Shown: in pieces, positions 26,153 to 35,700 of the stretch | Layout of the letters: the number at the start of each line of letters is the position of its first letter | Position numbering within the stretch: the stretch's first letter is position 1 | Virus record (IMG/VR): IMGVR_UViG_3300046170_000289 | Direction: 5' to 3' (one strand) | DNA length: 64,000 nt | Source of the DNA: a virus | Notes under the pieces: model-generated | Databases searched by the model: none | What the model saw: the letters and a program-made list of their open reading frames with translations, nothing else | What the model was told of the DNA's origin: nothing | Translations under genes and position numbers: made by a program

Positions 26153-27688
26153 TTAGAACTCTACTACGATCTTAATGTCTTCGATTTGGTCACCAGCACG
26201 AGTGATAGCGCCTCTATTATCTATGTAAATAACCCGACCCGAATTTGGCTCAACCTCAGGTTTTGCATAACCGTTGGTAAAAGACATACCCAAGTCATAC
26301 TCAGTGTTGTTAATAACACGAGTAGATGCACCTGATACAATTGGGAAGTTGATATCAGGGTCTGCAGATGCACCAGATGTTGCACCCACAACAGGGTTAC
26401 CACCCTCAAACTCAATTAGACTACCAGTGAATTCAGGGAAGACACCATCAATTCTATTCTGGTAATACTTAAGCACTTTGGTTGTGCTATTCCATGAGAT
26501 CACACGTCCACGGGCAGTCACTTGCTGACCACCAATTGTGCGAGACTGTGTGATAATTTCGTCAGTAGCAAAGTTACCTGTAAAGGTAGGAGCAAAGATA
26601 ACTGACTTTGTGGCGGACAGAGTAAGATCTGCTGCCAATTCTGTTGTGCCGAATTTGTTGGGGTTGATTACCAGACCAATACGACGGTAGTCGTTATCAG
26701 TTGGGAAGTCACCACTACCCTCAGCATAGGTAAACTTGGTGTTGATCATGACTCGGTATCCACCCATCTCTGTCCCTGGCTCAGCACCATGACCGACAGT
26801 AGGAGGAATGATCACTTCAACGGTGCCGCCTGATCCTGCACCTGCACCGATACCGTTGACTTCATCGATGATGACTTTACCGAAGGTGTATCCTGATCCA
26901 CCCGAAGTAACAGTAGCAGATACAATGCGACCCCCATCGACAACCAGAGAGACACGACCGCCAACGCCATCGCCTTTGATAGGTACATTCTCGTAGGTTC
27001 CATTGTTATACCCTGCACCTGAAGAAGAAATAATAACTGTATCAATCTCACCACCGATTGCGTCGGACACCACAGCGGTGTCACTCAGCACAGGCATGTA
27101 TTCATTAGAGAAGAATTTCAATACGAGACCCACAGGGATCGTATACATATACTTCCAACGATAACCGTCAGCAGTGGTAATAATAGAAGTTGAAGTACCC
27201 GTAGGCTCAACAGTAGAAGGCTTACCGTTAGGATCACTAGGGGATGTCCCGTTATAGATGCACTTATAGACTTGATACGATGAGTTAACAACGTAAAAGT
27301 CTGCATCATAAAGTTTGGTAGCACCAGAAGACGCGGTTTTAGTTGCGCTGTAGTCATGACGATACATATCGTAAACATAACCCAAGCCACCAGTGGTTTG
27401 CTCAGGAGGAATCCAGTCAGTCCTACGAATAACTTGAATAGTATCATTCGCCAGCACTCGCTTCATTGAGATCATGTCAGCGAAGTCATCGCTAAACTCT
27501 TGGAAAGAGTCAACAGGATCGGGCGCTGCATTCTCATTGTCCCAAGGTTGGGGACGACCGATGAAAACATACAGACGATCACGACTACTTCCAGCTTCAC
27601 TATCCGTCTGAGCAGGATCGGGACCTTGCAGAGACTTGATAAGTCGGCTAGCAGTAAAAATTCTAAATTGGTCGGTTAATAGCGCCAT
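26153..27688 (-). CDS. gp8: Baseplate wedge subunit
   Basis: LYVFIGRPQPW, YVVNSSYQVYKCIYNG, DGYRWKYMYTI and GDQIEDIKIVVEF. Confidence 0.93.
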   Translation of the reverse strand: MALLTDQFRIFTASRLIKSLQGPDPAQTDSEAGSSRDRLYVFIGRPQPWDNENAAPDPVDSFQEFSDDFADMISMKRVLANDTIQVIRRTDWIPPEQTTGGLGYVYDMYRHDYSATKTASSGATKLYDADFYVVNSSYQVYKCIYNGTSPSDPNGKPSTVEPTGTSTSIITTADGYRWKYMYTIPVGLVLKFFSNEYMPVLSDTAVVSDAIGGEIDTVIISSSGAGYNNGTYENVPIKGDGVGGRVSLVVDGGRIVSATVTSGGSGYTFGKVIIDEVNGIGAGAGSGGTVEVIIPPTVGHGAEPGTEMGGYRVMINTKFTYAEGSGDFPTDNDYRRIGLVINPNKFGTTELAADLTLSATKSVIFAPTFTGNFATDEIITQSRTIGGQQVTARGRVISWNSTTKVLKYYQNRIDGVFPEFTGSLIEFEGGNPVVGATSGASADPDINFPIVSGASTRVINNTEYDLGMSFTNGYAKPEVEPNSGRVIYIDNRGAITRAGDQIEDIKIVVEF

Positions 27689-27712
27689 TGTTTACCAATT
27701 ATCCTATAGATT

Positions 27713-27720
27713 TATTTATG
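27713..27720 (-). promoter_or_regulatory. T4-type late promoter (CATAAATA)
   Basis: Intergenic, 25 nt upstream of the gp8 start. Confidence 0.72.
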
Positions 27721-27723
27721 GGG

Positions 27724-28461
27724 TTAATACTCGCCCTCATTTCTGAGGAAGTTGTTATACTCGACTGAGATGATCTTTGCTTGAGCACCAGAGGTATTAC
27801 CCTGCAGTGTTTCACCAGCAGCAAACTTGTAGGTCGGGTCATTATCTTGAATTGACTTAACATCCAGATAGAATTGACCTGCTTTAGGTCCAAGTCTTCT
27901 ATTTGTAGTCGTCGCTGCAATGCCAGATGTTTGTCCAGTCACAACCTCTTCCCCTCCAGCATTGGGGACATTGAAGAGGGTTGCAGTAATGTATTCAATT
28001 ACGATAATTGCAGAAGAGATATGTGCATCACCATCTCCCAAAGCACCAGCAGACTGGATAGTAGCAACTAACTGGTTAGGACTACCATCATAGATCTGAT
28101 CACCAATCTGGAAGAGTGTGGTATTGGTGCCACCTAATTCTTCCTCAATACCATATTTAGACGAGGCGATGCCCCCATCTAAATTAACTTGGTTTTCATA
28201 ATCGGTGCCAGTGTTGAGAAGGTCAGGAATACCGTCTCCAAACTGCTGTACACCTTCAGCATCAACAAACTCTTCGTCGTCATCTTCAAACCTTCTGTTT
28301 TGAATGACTGACAAGGGTGAAGTAAATGCAACAATTTCGCTGCCTTCTGCTTCAACCAAAGTATGTGGTGCAACGCCAGTTGCAGATGATCCAGAAGTAC
28401 CTGCAAAGAATGCAATAATTTTAGACTTCTCACCTGATCTACCAGCATCAATAAATGCCAA
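27724..28461 (-). CDS. 3' fragment of a ~627-aa virion structural protein (frame open up to 28605)
   Basis: The ORF-track start is only a TTG. The frame continues upstream as NTGDTLYDFQVTDKVRRV..., joining the 5' fragment after a one-base shift at ~28601. Confidence 0.75.
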   Translation of the reverse strand: MAFIDAGRSGEKSKIIAFFAGTSGSSATGVAPHTLVEAEGSEIVAFTSPLSVIQNRRFEDDDEEFVDAEGVQQFGDGIPDLLNTGTDYENQVNLDGGIASSKYGIEEELGGTNTTLFQIGDQIYDGSPNQLVATIQSAGALGDGDAHISSAIIVIEYITATLFNVPNAGGEEVVTGQTSGIAATTTNRRLGPKAGQFYLDVKSIQDNDPTYKFAAGETLQGNTSGAQAKIISVEYNNFLRNEGEY

Positions 28462-28478
28462 CTCGTCAACTTGGAATG

Positions 28479-29606
28479 TTAGATATAATGCTCTCTCAGT
28501 CTCATCCCAGTCATAGACAATAGCGACTCTGTTAGTTGCATTCTCAATAACACGTCTAACTTTATCCGTAACTTGGAAGTCATAAAGTGTGTCTCCCGTA
28601 TTGGATCATTTTGGAGAGTGTCAAGAATGACCTTCTGATCAAATCTAAAGTTTGTGCCTCGGTCACATCCAGTAAATGATGTGGCAGTCTTACCTGTATA
28701 TCTGACAACTTCTCTACCGAGAAGGAATTTACCAGATCCAGGATAAGGTGCAGTTGACTCAACGTGAATGGTTTCATCACCAGTTGACACGTCAGTCAGA
28801 ATACCTGACAAATTGTAAACAACAGAGTTTAGAGACTGTCTGTTTCTTGCAGTCTTAATCAGGTTTGTATCTCTTGTAAAGATAACCTGAGGAGCATTCA
28901 CATAACCATCACCACCTGCAACGAGGTCAATGGTTGTAATAGATCCAAGGTCAATAAATGCCGAAGCACTAGCACCAGATCCACCACCACCAATAATTTG
29001 AATTAGAGGAGGATCTTCAAAGAATTCACCAGGATTGGTGAGGGTAATTGCAGTAACTTTACCAAATGGATTGACGCCAGCAACACCAGTTGCACCCTGT
29101 CCACCACCACCTGAGATGATAATGTTGACATCTTCTTCAGTATAGTTTCTACCAAACTCTTCAATAGCAAGACCTGTAACCAGACCTGTAATAGGCACCA
29201 ACTCAGATCCAGATCCACCACCACCTTTAACTTCTGCTTCAGCAGCAAAGTATTCATCACCAAACTGAGTCATCTGGATGAAGTCAATACCACCGTCTTG
29301 CTTCAGGAAGATCTTACCTTCAGCAGGGACAGTTGCATTCTCATCAGTAATTTCCAGACGCATGGGGTCATACCCTTCGCCAGGATCAAGGACTTCTACA
29401 GCAGTGATCTCACCAAGACTGCCATCGATGACTGGTCTAAGCACAGCATCCCTGATAGGAGTGCCACAATTTTCAATACGAAGTCTAGGGGGGTCAGTAG
29501 GATCATACCCACTACCTCCCGCAGTAACATAAACTTCTCTTACCCCGAATATACTATTAAATACGGGAAAAATTGAAGCACCAGATCCAGGGACTGTTCT
29601 TGTCAT
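28479..29606 (-). CDS. 5' fragment of the same ~627-aa structural protein (Gly-rich GGGGxGA repeats)
   Basis: MTRTVPGSGA start, repeated GxGY..PxVxIxGGGG modules. The last ~40 aa read as out-of-frame sequence. Confidence 0.8.
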   Translation of the reverse strand: MTRTVPGSGASIFPVFNSIFGVREVYVTAGGSGYDPTDPPRLRIENCGTPIRDAVLRPVIDGSLGEITAVEVLDPGEGYDPMRLEITDENATVPAEGKIFLKQDGGIDFIQMTQFGDEYFAAEAEVKGGGGSGSELVPITGLVTGLAIEEFGRNYTEEDVNIIISGGGGQGATGVAGVNPFGKVTAITLTNPGEFFEDPPLIQIIGGGGSGASASAFIDLGSITTIDLVAGGDGYVNAPQVIFTRDTNLIKTARNRQSLNSVVYNLSGILTDVSTGDETIHVESTAPYPGSGKFLLGREVVRYTGKTATSFTGCDRGTNFRFDQKVILDTLQNDPIRETHFMTSKLRIKLDVLLRMQLTESLLSMTGMRLREHYI

Positions 29607-31087
29607 TAGACAACCACGAGATTACCGACCATTCCAGAGTGAATGGTGCATTGATAGACATATGTTGTGCCTGCTGCTAGGTCCATAGGCACGGTCCAGT
29701 ATTGGACACCACTTTGTGATCCACTCACACCAGCAGTTACAGCAGATCCACCATTTGTCTGTCTTAGAGCGAATGGGTGACCGCCACCAGTGGTGTTGTT
29801 AAATCTATATGTGAAACCACGATAGACATAGATGGTTGGGTTTCCACTTCCACTCCATCCATTGTTGCTAAAGTTGTATCCAGCACCTGTGCTTCCAGAA
29901 ATCTCGAAACCAACAGCAGCAGTTGCAACCGCTTCAACTTCACCACTTGCATTAGTAATGAAACTCTGATTCTCTGATAGAGTCTGACCACTAGCAAGAT
30001 ATATTTCAGCAGCAATGCTGACGGTATTAGCAGTAACAGTTGTCGTTACACCGTTGCCACCATTAACTGCCAATGATCCAGTAGTGGAATCGGAAGTAGT
30101 AGTGCCAGAATCGCCAGTTACCGTAGCAAAAATATTTTGATCAACGTTAGGGGAATCATTAGTGATTGTTAGATTATCACCACCCACAGCAGTGGAGATC
30201 CCAGTGCCACCAATAAGGTTAATAGTAGCAGTAGTAGAAGTAGCTGTTTTGGATCCCGCATCAGATCCGATAACAGAGAAAAGATTCTGATCAGCATCTC
30301 CCAACGTCCCCGTCATGTCAATGGTTAACGTATCTCCAGCAATAGTTGTGGAGATATTTGTGCCACCAGCCACAGTAAGCACGTCAGTAGCAGCACTCGC
30401 AGTAGTAGATCCCGTATCAGCATTAAAACCTTCAAATAAATTCTGTGTAGATCCACCGCCTCCAGATGCAGTAGCATCGTTGTCTGGATACCAATTGCTA
30501 TTGGCAGCAGACCACTTAAGGACTTGACCATCGGAGGGACCACCACCAACTGTCATGTCAACATCGGTTAACTCACCAACGCTAGATCCAGTATCCAGCA
30601 ATTGAATCCAAGATCCATGTGCAAAATAACCATGCCCTTCAGCATGGACATGAGCAAACATACCATGGTGTGTTGCCACATCAGGTAGATCAGTCAGGGT
30701 TGGGTAAGGAGCGGACCACTTAAGGTATCCGTCATCACCGTCAACATATGCTAGTGCGCTTCCAGCACCACCTTTCCAGAATTTAATATCACCTGTGCCT
30801 GCTGGCATGATATTAACGTCTTCATTCGTATCTGAGACGATCTTATACGTCTTAACGTTAAGGTCTGCACTCAGTTGATCAACATGTCCCTCAGCAAATT
30901 GAGATCCATTCCATTTCAGCACCTGTCCAGCGGCAGGAGTGCCTACATTCACCAACAAGTTGGTGTCATTGCCAAGAGCGGTATAGATTTCGTCAATAAC
31001 GCTATTCAGTTTGATAGCACCATCTCTGAGACTATCACCTGTCCCGTCGTTTGCTGACGATCCAATACTAAGATTCTGCTTTGCCAT
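29606..31087 (-). CDS. gp9/gp10-like baseplate/tail-fibre connector with C-terminal cupredoxin-like domain
   Basis: N-terminus MAKQNLSIGSSANDGTGDSLRDGAIKLN is T4 gp9/10-like. C-terminus has GHPF...YQCTIHSGMVG. Confidence 0.82.
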   Translation of the reverse strand: MAKQNLSIGSSANDGTGDSLRDGAIKLNSVIDEIYTALGNDTNLLVNVGTPAAGQVLKWNGSQFAEGHVDQLSADLNVKTYKIVSDTNEDVNIMPAGTGDIKFWKGGAGSALAYVDGDDGYLKWSAPYPTLTDLPDVATHHGMFAHVHAEGHGYFAHGSWIQLLDTGSSVGELTDVDMTVGGGPSDGQVLKWSAANSNWYPDNDATASGGGGSTQNLFEGFNADTGSTTASAATDVLTVAGGTNISTTIAGDTLTIDMTGTLGDADQNLFSVIGSDAGSKTATSTTATINLIGGTGISTAVGGDNLTITNDSPNVDQNIFATVTGDSGTTTSDSTTGSLAVNGGNGVTTTVTANTVSIAAEIYLASGQTLSENQSFITNASGEVEAVATAAVGFEISGSTGAGYNFSNNGWSGSGNPTIYVYRGFTYRFNNTTGGGHPFALRQTNGGSAVTAGVSGSQSGVQYWTVPMDLAAGTTYVYQCTIHSGMVGNLVVV

Positions 31088-31109
31088 GGTTGGTAGATTT
31101 CTACAGTGT

Positions 31110-31117
31110 TATTTAGG
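31110..31117 (-). promoter_or_regulatory. Late promoter variant (CCTAAATA)
   Basis: TAAATA core overlaps the upstream stop, 23 nt from the next start. Confidence 0.55.
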
Positions 31118-32705
31118 TGCCATCGAAGGTTTGTGCCGTAGAGTCGAGAGTGCTCTGCGTGCTATCGAATCTATTAGCGGTAGATCCGCTACCACCACCA
31201 GATCCAGTAACAGTTAATGTTGCTGCATTAGAGTCGAGTGGTGAGTTTTCTGCCTGTTGTGATACTCCAAGAGGACCAATGATACGACAACGGAATCTGT
31301 ATCCCGTCATGTATGTGAGGACGCTCAGAGTATAAGAGTTTGTAGTTGCTCCTGTAATAGCAGCAAATGCGAAACCGCCATCGGTGGATCGATACCACTG
31401 ATATGCAATAGGTCCGTCTTCTGGACTGATCTCTGCCTGGACAGAGAATGTTGCTGTCTCTCCTGGGTTTGCCGAAGCATTCTGGGGTTGGTTGATAAAC
31501 GCCAGAGTTGGGAGGACTGGTGGACCACCGTCACCGCCACCACCACTAGGTGGAGCAGCAGGTGCTTGTAGTGTGAAGTTTGTATTGATGGTCTCTCTAG
31601 TAGAGTTTCCAATCATGTATGGAAATTCAGGAGCATCAATATCATCTGGGTCTACAGTTAAGAAATAGGCATAGGTGCCATTCTGAAACTCAGGTGTGAT
31701 ACAAAATCTACCATTATGGTAGTCTAGGTCACCAGTTGCCTCAACATACTCCCAGTCCTGCACCAGAGCGCCTGCAGGGGGGTTTTGGATGGTGTTACCA
31801 TAGTCAGGTCTACCTGCTGCCTCAACTGATAAAGTTGAGTAGGAAGATGTCATAACTCTAGGGGTAGACAGATTGTCCCATGGAGATGCATAAGCATAAG
31901 GTCCATAGATGGGGAATCCATCAAATGCATACCCGATGATCTTGGAGTGACCGTCAGGATGTCTTAGGTTGTCACCGTTATATTGTGTAGTGCCATAATA
32001 ATCATTGTATCCTGCCATTGCTGACCCTTCTCGCCAGCAATCAAGGAAGTGTGTGTCGTGGTAGTGATACTGACCATTTTGCTCAGGATGTCCACCACAA
32101 TTATCATCACCAAAGTCCACAGGGGATTGTGGGTAGTGAGCATTCCAACTGAATCCTACTGGCGGGTTCCCACCATTACCCGCAGAAGGGTTAAACAAAG
32201 CAACGCCGTTAGCGGCAATGCCAATAGTGCCCAAAGGAGTTGCACTTCTTCCATTCCGTTGATCATAGTATTCGTAAGTGCCAGAGGTGAGAGACTCTTG
32301 GTCTCTCATAATAAGGTCAAGTCTATCTGATGTTGCCAACCAACATTCGTCTTCGATGGATGTAAAGGTAGTGCCCTTATAAAGGAATACTCTCTTAATA
32401 CCATCACTGAAGGTAAACATAAGTCTGTCACCCACCTGGATCTCATTGTTAAACAATGAGTTATCATTACCAGATATGACTATAGACCTAAGGAAACCAT
32501 CTTGATTCCAAACGTTACTGTCGAATGTACGACTAATACCAAAGGACCCACCACGGTAAATGAAGGCATGATCGAAATCCTGCTCCGTTACTGTGTTTGG
32601 GTTGTTGGCATTAGGAAACGTGCCATAACCTACAGGAGCGGGAAGACCATCCGCCGCTACTGTAAGAATGTCAGTGGCATCGTTATAACTTGCAGTTGCC
32701 CCCAT
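31113..32705 (-). CDS. YHYH-domain structural protein with Ig-like C-terminal domain
   Basis: GIAANGVALFNP, GGHP..GQYHYH, HSKIIGYAFDGFPIYGPY and LDYHNGRFCITPEF. Ig-like QPQNASA...YQWYRS...YRCR. Confidence 0.87.
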   Translation of the reverse strand: MGATASYNDATDILTVAADGLPAPVGYGTFPNANNPNTVTEQDFDHAFIYRGGSFGISRTFDSNVWNQDGFLRSIVISGNDNSLFNNEIQVGDRLMFTFSDGIKRVFLYKGTTFTSIEDECWLATSDRLDLIMRDQESLTSGTYEYYDQRNGRSATPLGTIGIAANGVALFNPSAGNGGNPPVGFSWNAHYPQSPVDFGDDNCGGHPEQNGQYHYHDTHFLDCWREGSAMAGYNDYYGTTQYNGDNLRHPDGHSKIIGYAFDGFPIYGPYAYASPWDNLSTPRVMTSSYSTLSVEAAGRPDYGNTIQNPPAGALVQDWEYVEATGDLDYHNGRFCITPEFQNGTYAYFLTVDPDDIDAPEFPYMIGNSTRETINTNFTLQAPAAPPSGGGGDGGPPVLPTLAFINQPQNASANPGETATFSVQAEISPEDGPIAYQWYRSTDGGFAFAAITGATTNSYTLSVLTYMTGYRFRCRIIGPLGVSQQAENSPLDSNAATLTVTGSGGGSGSTANRFDSTQSTLDSTAQTFDGT

Positions 32706-32716
32706 GGTTTTACTTT

Positions 32717-32724
32717 TATTTAGA
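32717..32724 (-). promoter_or_regulatory. Late promoter variant (TCTAAATA)
   Basis: TAAATA core overlaps the stop of the giant gene, only 12 nt from the next start. Confidence 0.45.
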
Positions 32725-35700
32725 TGTCGTCGAAGATTAGATCTGGAGTGAAGTTACTAATTACAGTAGCACCAGTCTGGACCGTGAGGATAGCAGACAG
32801 TGAGTAAACAGGTGTAGCACCTGCAGCAGTAATTGCAACTCTGTATTCGTCACCATCGTCTGCCTGAGCGGCATCGTTGGTGTTGTATGTTGACTGGTTA
32901 GCACCGATGATGTTACTCCAAGTCTGAGTGCCGTATTCCTTCTTCTGCCACTGGTAGTTGAGTTGCTGACTGTTGGAAACAGTAGCAGCAACCGTGAAGG
33001 ATGCAGTCTGACCTTGGTTAACTGTCACGTTGACAGGATCCTGAGCGATTGTAATCGCGCCAGGAGTAATCGTAGTGGTGTCGCCATCAATTGCCTCATC
33101 AGCGTTGTAGATATCTCTACCACCGTTGACAGGAGTGCCTGAAGGATTAACAAAGTCATCTGGGACCACGCTATCGATAGCAACGATTGGTTGCAGATAG
33201 GAAACGCCAGGGGTCTTCACGTCAATGCGTGTGATACCCATGAGTGCCTTGATGCGACCATCGAAACCAGAGGATGAAATCACGTCCACGTTAGGACGTG
33301 AGGTGTAACCATCACCAGAGTTGGTGAGAATTGCGCTACTCAATTGACCAGAGCGGATCTGAGCAATTGCAGCAGCGTTACGACCCTTAACGGATCCTGT
33401 GTATTCAAAGGTGATCAGTGAGTTGGAAGATTCGATCAGAGCAACGTCACGAGCGAATTCTTCACCGTCAATCTCAAGTTTGTCACCTGCTTCCACAGGT
33501 GGCACAACGGTTGCAGCGATCACGTCAGTGTCAGATCCAATGTAGGAGAATCCAACAAAGGTTGATCCTGCGCGAGGCACTTCAGCGAAGATGATTCTAG
33601 ATCCGACAATCTCGTATGCGACGCCAGGTTCCTGAATGATACCGTTGAGTGAAACAATGATGTTGTTTTCTGGGCGAATCACGTTAGAAGAAACACCCTC
33701 AGTCAGAGTCAGTGAGTAGAAGAGACCTTCACGTCTGAGGTTGAAGGACGAGCGCAAGGAGTCAAACTCGAAGCTGATATCGTCCATCTGACGGAGTTTA
33801 CCAACATAGTAACCAACGAATTCAGATCCAATGTCGGGTGCCTCAGAGAAGTTAATCTTGTCAGAGAATGCGACATAGGAGTTGTTACCACCAGGAGGTT
33901 GTAGGATACCGTTGACAAAGATGAGCATGTGACCAGCGGGATCTGGGAAGTATGCTTCACCGTTGCTGATAGTGAGATCAAACTGAGTCTGAGTGCCATC
34001 GAAACCACGGAAGTAACGATCAACACGACCCTCAAGTGTGCGTGCAGAGGCAACTGCTCCACCCCAACCGTAGTCGGAGGTGACGGTCATATTGTTAAGG
34101 AAGTCACCCTTGACATTTTCCAACCAGACGGTTGCTGTAATGCCCTGCTGATCAATAGCAGCCACGCGCCCGTAAGAGTTATATGCAGTGTCAGTGTAGG
34201 ATGTAACGTTGGCATAGATGCTTGGGAAGTTACTACCAATATCAAGTTTACCAATGTTATTAGCACCTGTAATAACATCAGAGATGTCAGTGCCAACGCC
34301 CACAGGAATCAGGTTACCAATAAACAAGCGATGGATGCCATAGTTTGGATCAGTAGGATCTGCGTTGACGCCATTGATGTATTGGGTTACCGTTGCACGG
34401 AAACCAGGATCTTTCAATGTGGTGCCCTGCAGGAGGACAACCTCATCACCCACTCGGAATGTATCAGAAACGCCCGTATCAATGATTGCAGTGCCAAGCT
34501 CCAACTGATAGATGTTGGTGCCGTGGATATACTGGTTAAGTTGAATCTGTGTGCCAGAGAGACCCTTAATTTCGAGAATGTAGTCAGTGACGCTACCGTA
34601 GATGATATCGCCAGCATCCCATGCATCTCCGATGGTTTCAACGTCAATCGTAATACGACCACCGTCATTACCCGTAAGGGATCCAGACTTATTGAGGTAT
34701 TGATTAGCGTATGCCTCAACAGCAGAATTCTTATCAAACAACCAATCGCCTTGTGCGAATGATCCTTTCTCGACGTTGATCAACATGCGAGAATCGAAGG
34801 AAACAACATCAGCAGTTGTGCCGCTGTCATCACCAACCAGAGTATCGCCCACGTTGATTATACCCGCGACAGAAACCAAGTTGAGGAAGTTTTCTCCATC
34901 ATTATTTGTGAGACCTGTCTGCAGACATTGACCATTGATTACTGGGTTTCCATTGACTCTAATAACTTCACCGTTAATGAAGTTTTCATAAACTCCAAGA
35001 TTTGTGCTGACGTTATCCAACTCGAAACGAGTATAGAGTCTATTGATCTCTGCTTGGTTGAGCGAGACGCTACCAATTTCAGAAGAGGACTCAGAAGTGG
35101 TGCCGTAGATAACATCTGCGGGGTTGAATCCACCCTGGATAGGAGTCTGTGAAGGATCTGCTGGGAAGAGAGGAGTAGATCTATTAATGCCAGTACGTCT
35201 GACGACAGAGAAGATCTGCTGACCAGTGTTGGCAGTGTTAACTTCAACTCTTCTAAATCTACCATCGTGCATGTAGTGAGCACCAACCTCAAACCATTGA
35301 GGAGTTGCAGTCATCACATACCAGTAAGTTTGACCAGTAAATGCTGCGACTGAAGTCTCAGATGCTGGGATATACTGGAGGATGTCACCACGACGGAAGG
35401 AGTTAACGCGGTTAATTCTGACTCTATATTCAGCGCGGTCGAAACCAACGGGGACGATAGGAGTAAGAGTAACCAGAGCAGGATCGGTGTTGTAATCGAA
35501 TCCTAACTCATACTTGGTATTGATGTTAACTGCATCGCTACTTGGGACCCAAGTAACGCTACCTTCTGTTGGGAAGTTAGATGTTTCTAGTGAATACTCA
35601 ATACAGTTGATTGAGGAGTCAATGATAAATTCAGATGCCTCACGGTTGTAATCCAAGCGACCATTGATACCTAACTGATAGGTGTTGTAGGTTGCCCAAC

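Noticed and set aside
27699-27920. 73-aa ORF overlapping the end of the 627-aa gene and the gp8 promoter
   Set aside because: It is off-frame overlap with no supporting features.
28590-28620. Programmed -1 ribosomal frameshift at CTC CAA AAT
   Set aside because: It is not an X XXY YYZ heptamer, and a slip there would meet TGA immediately.
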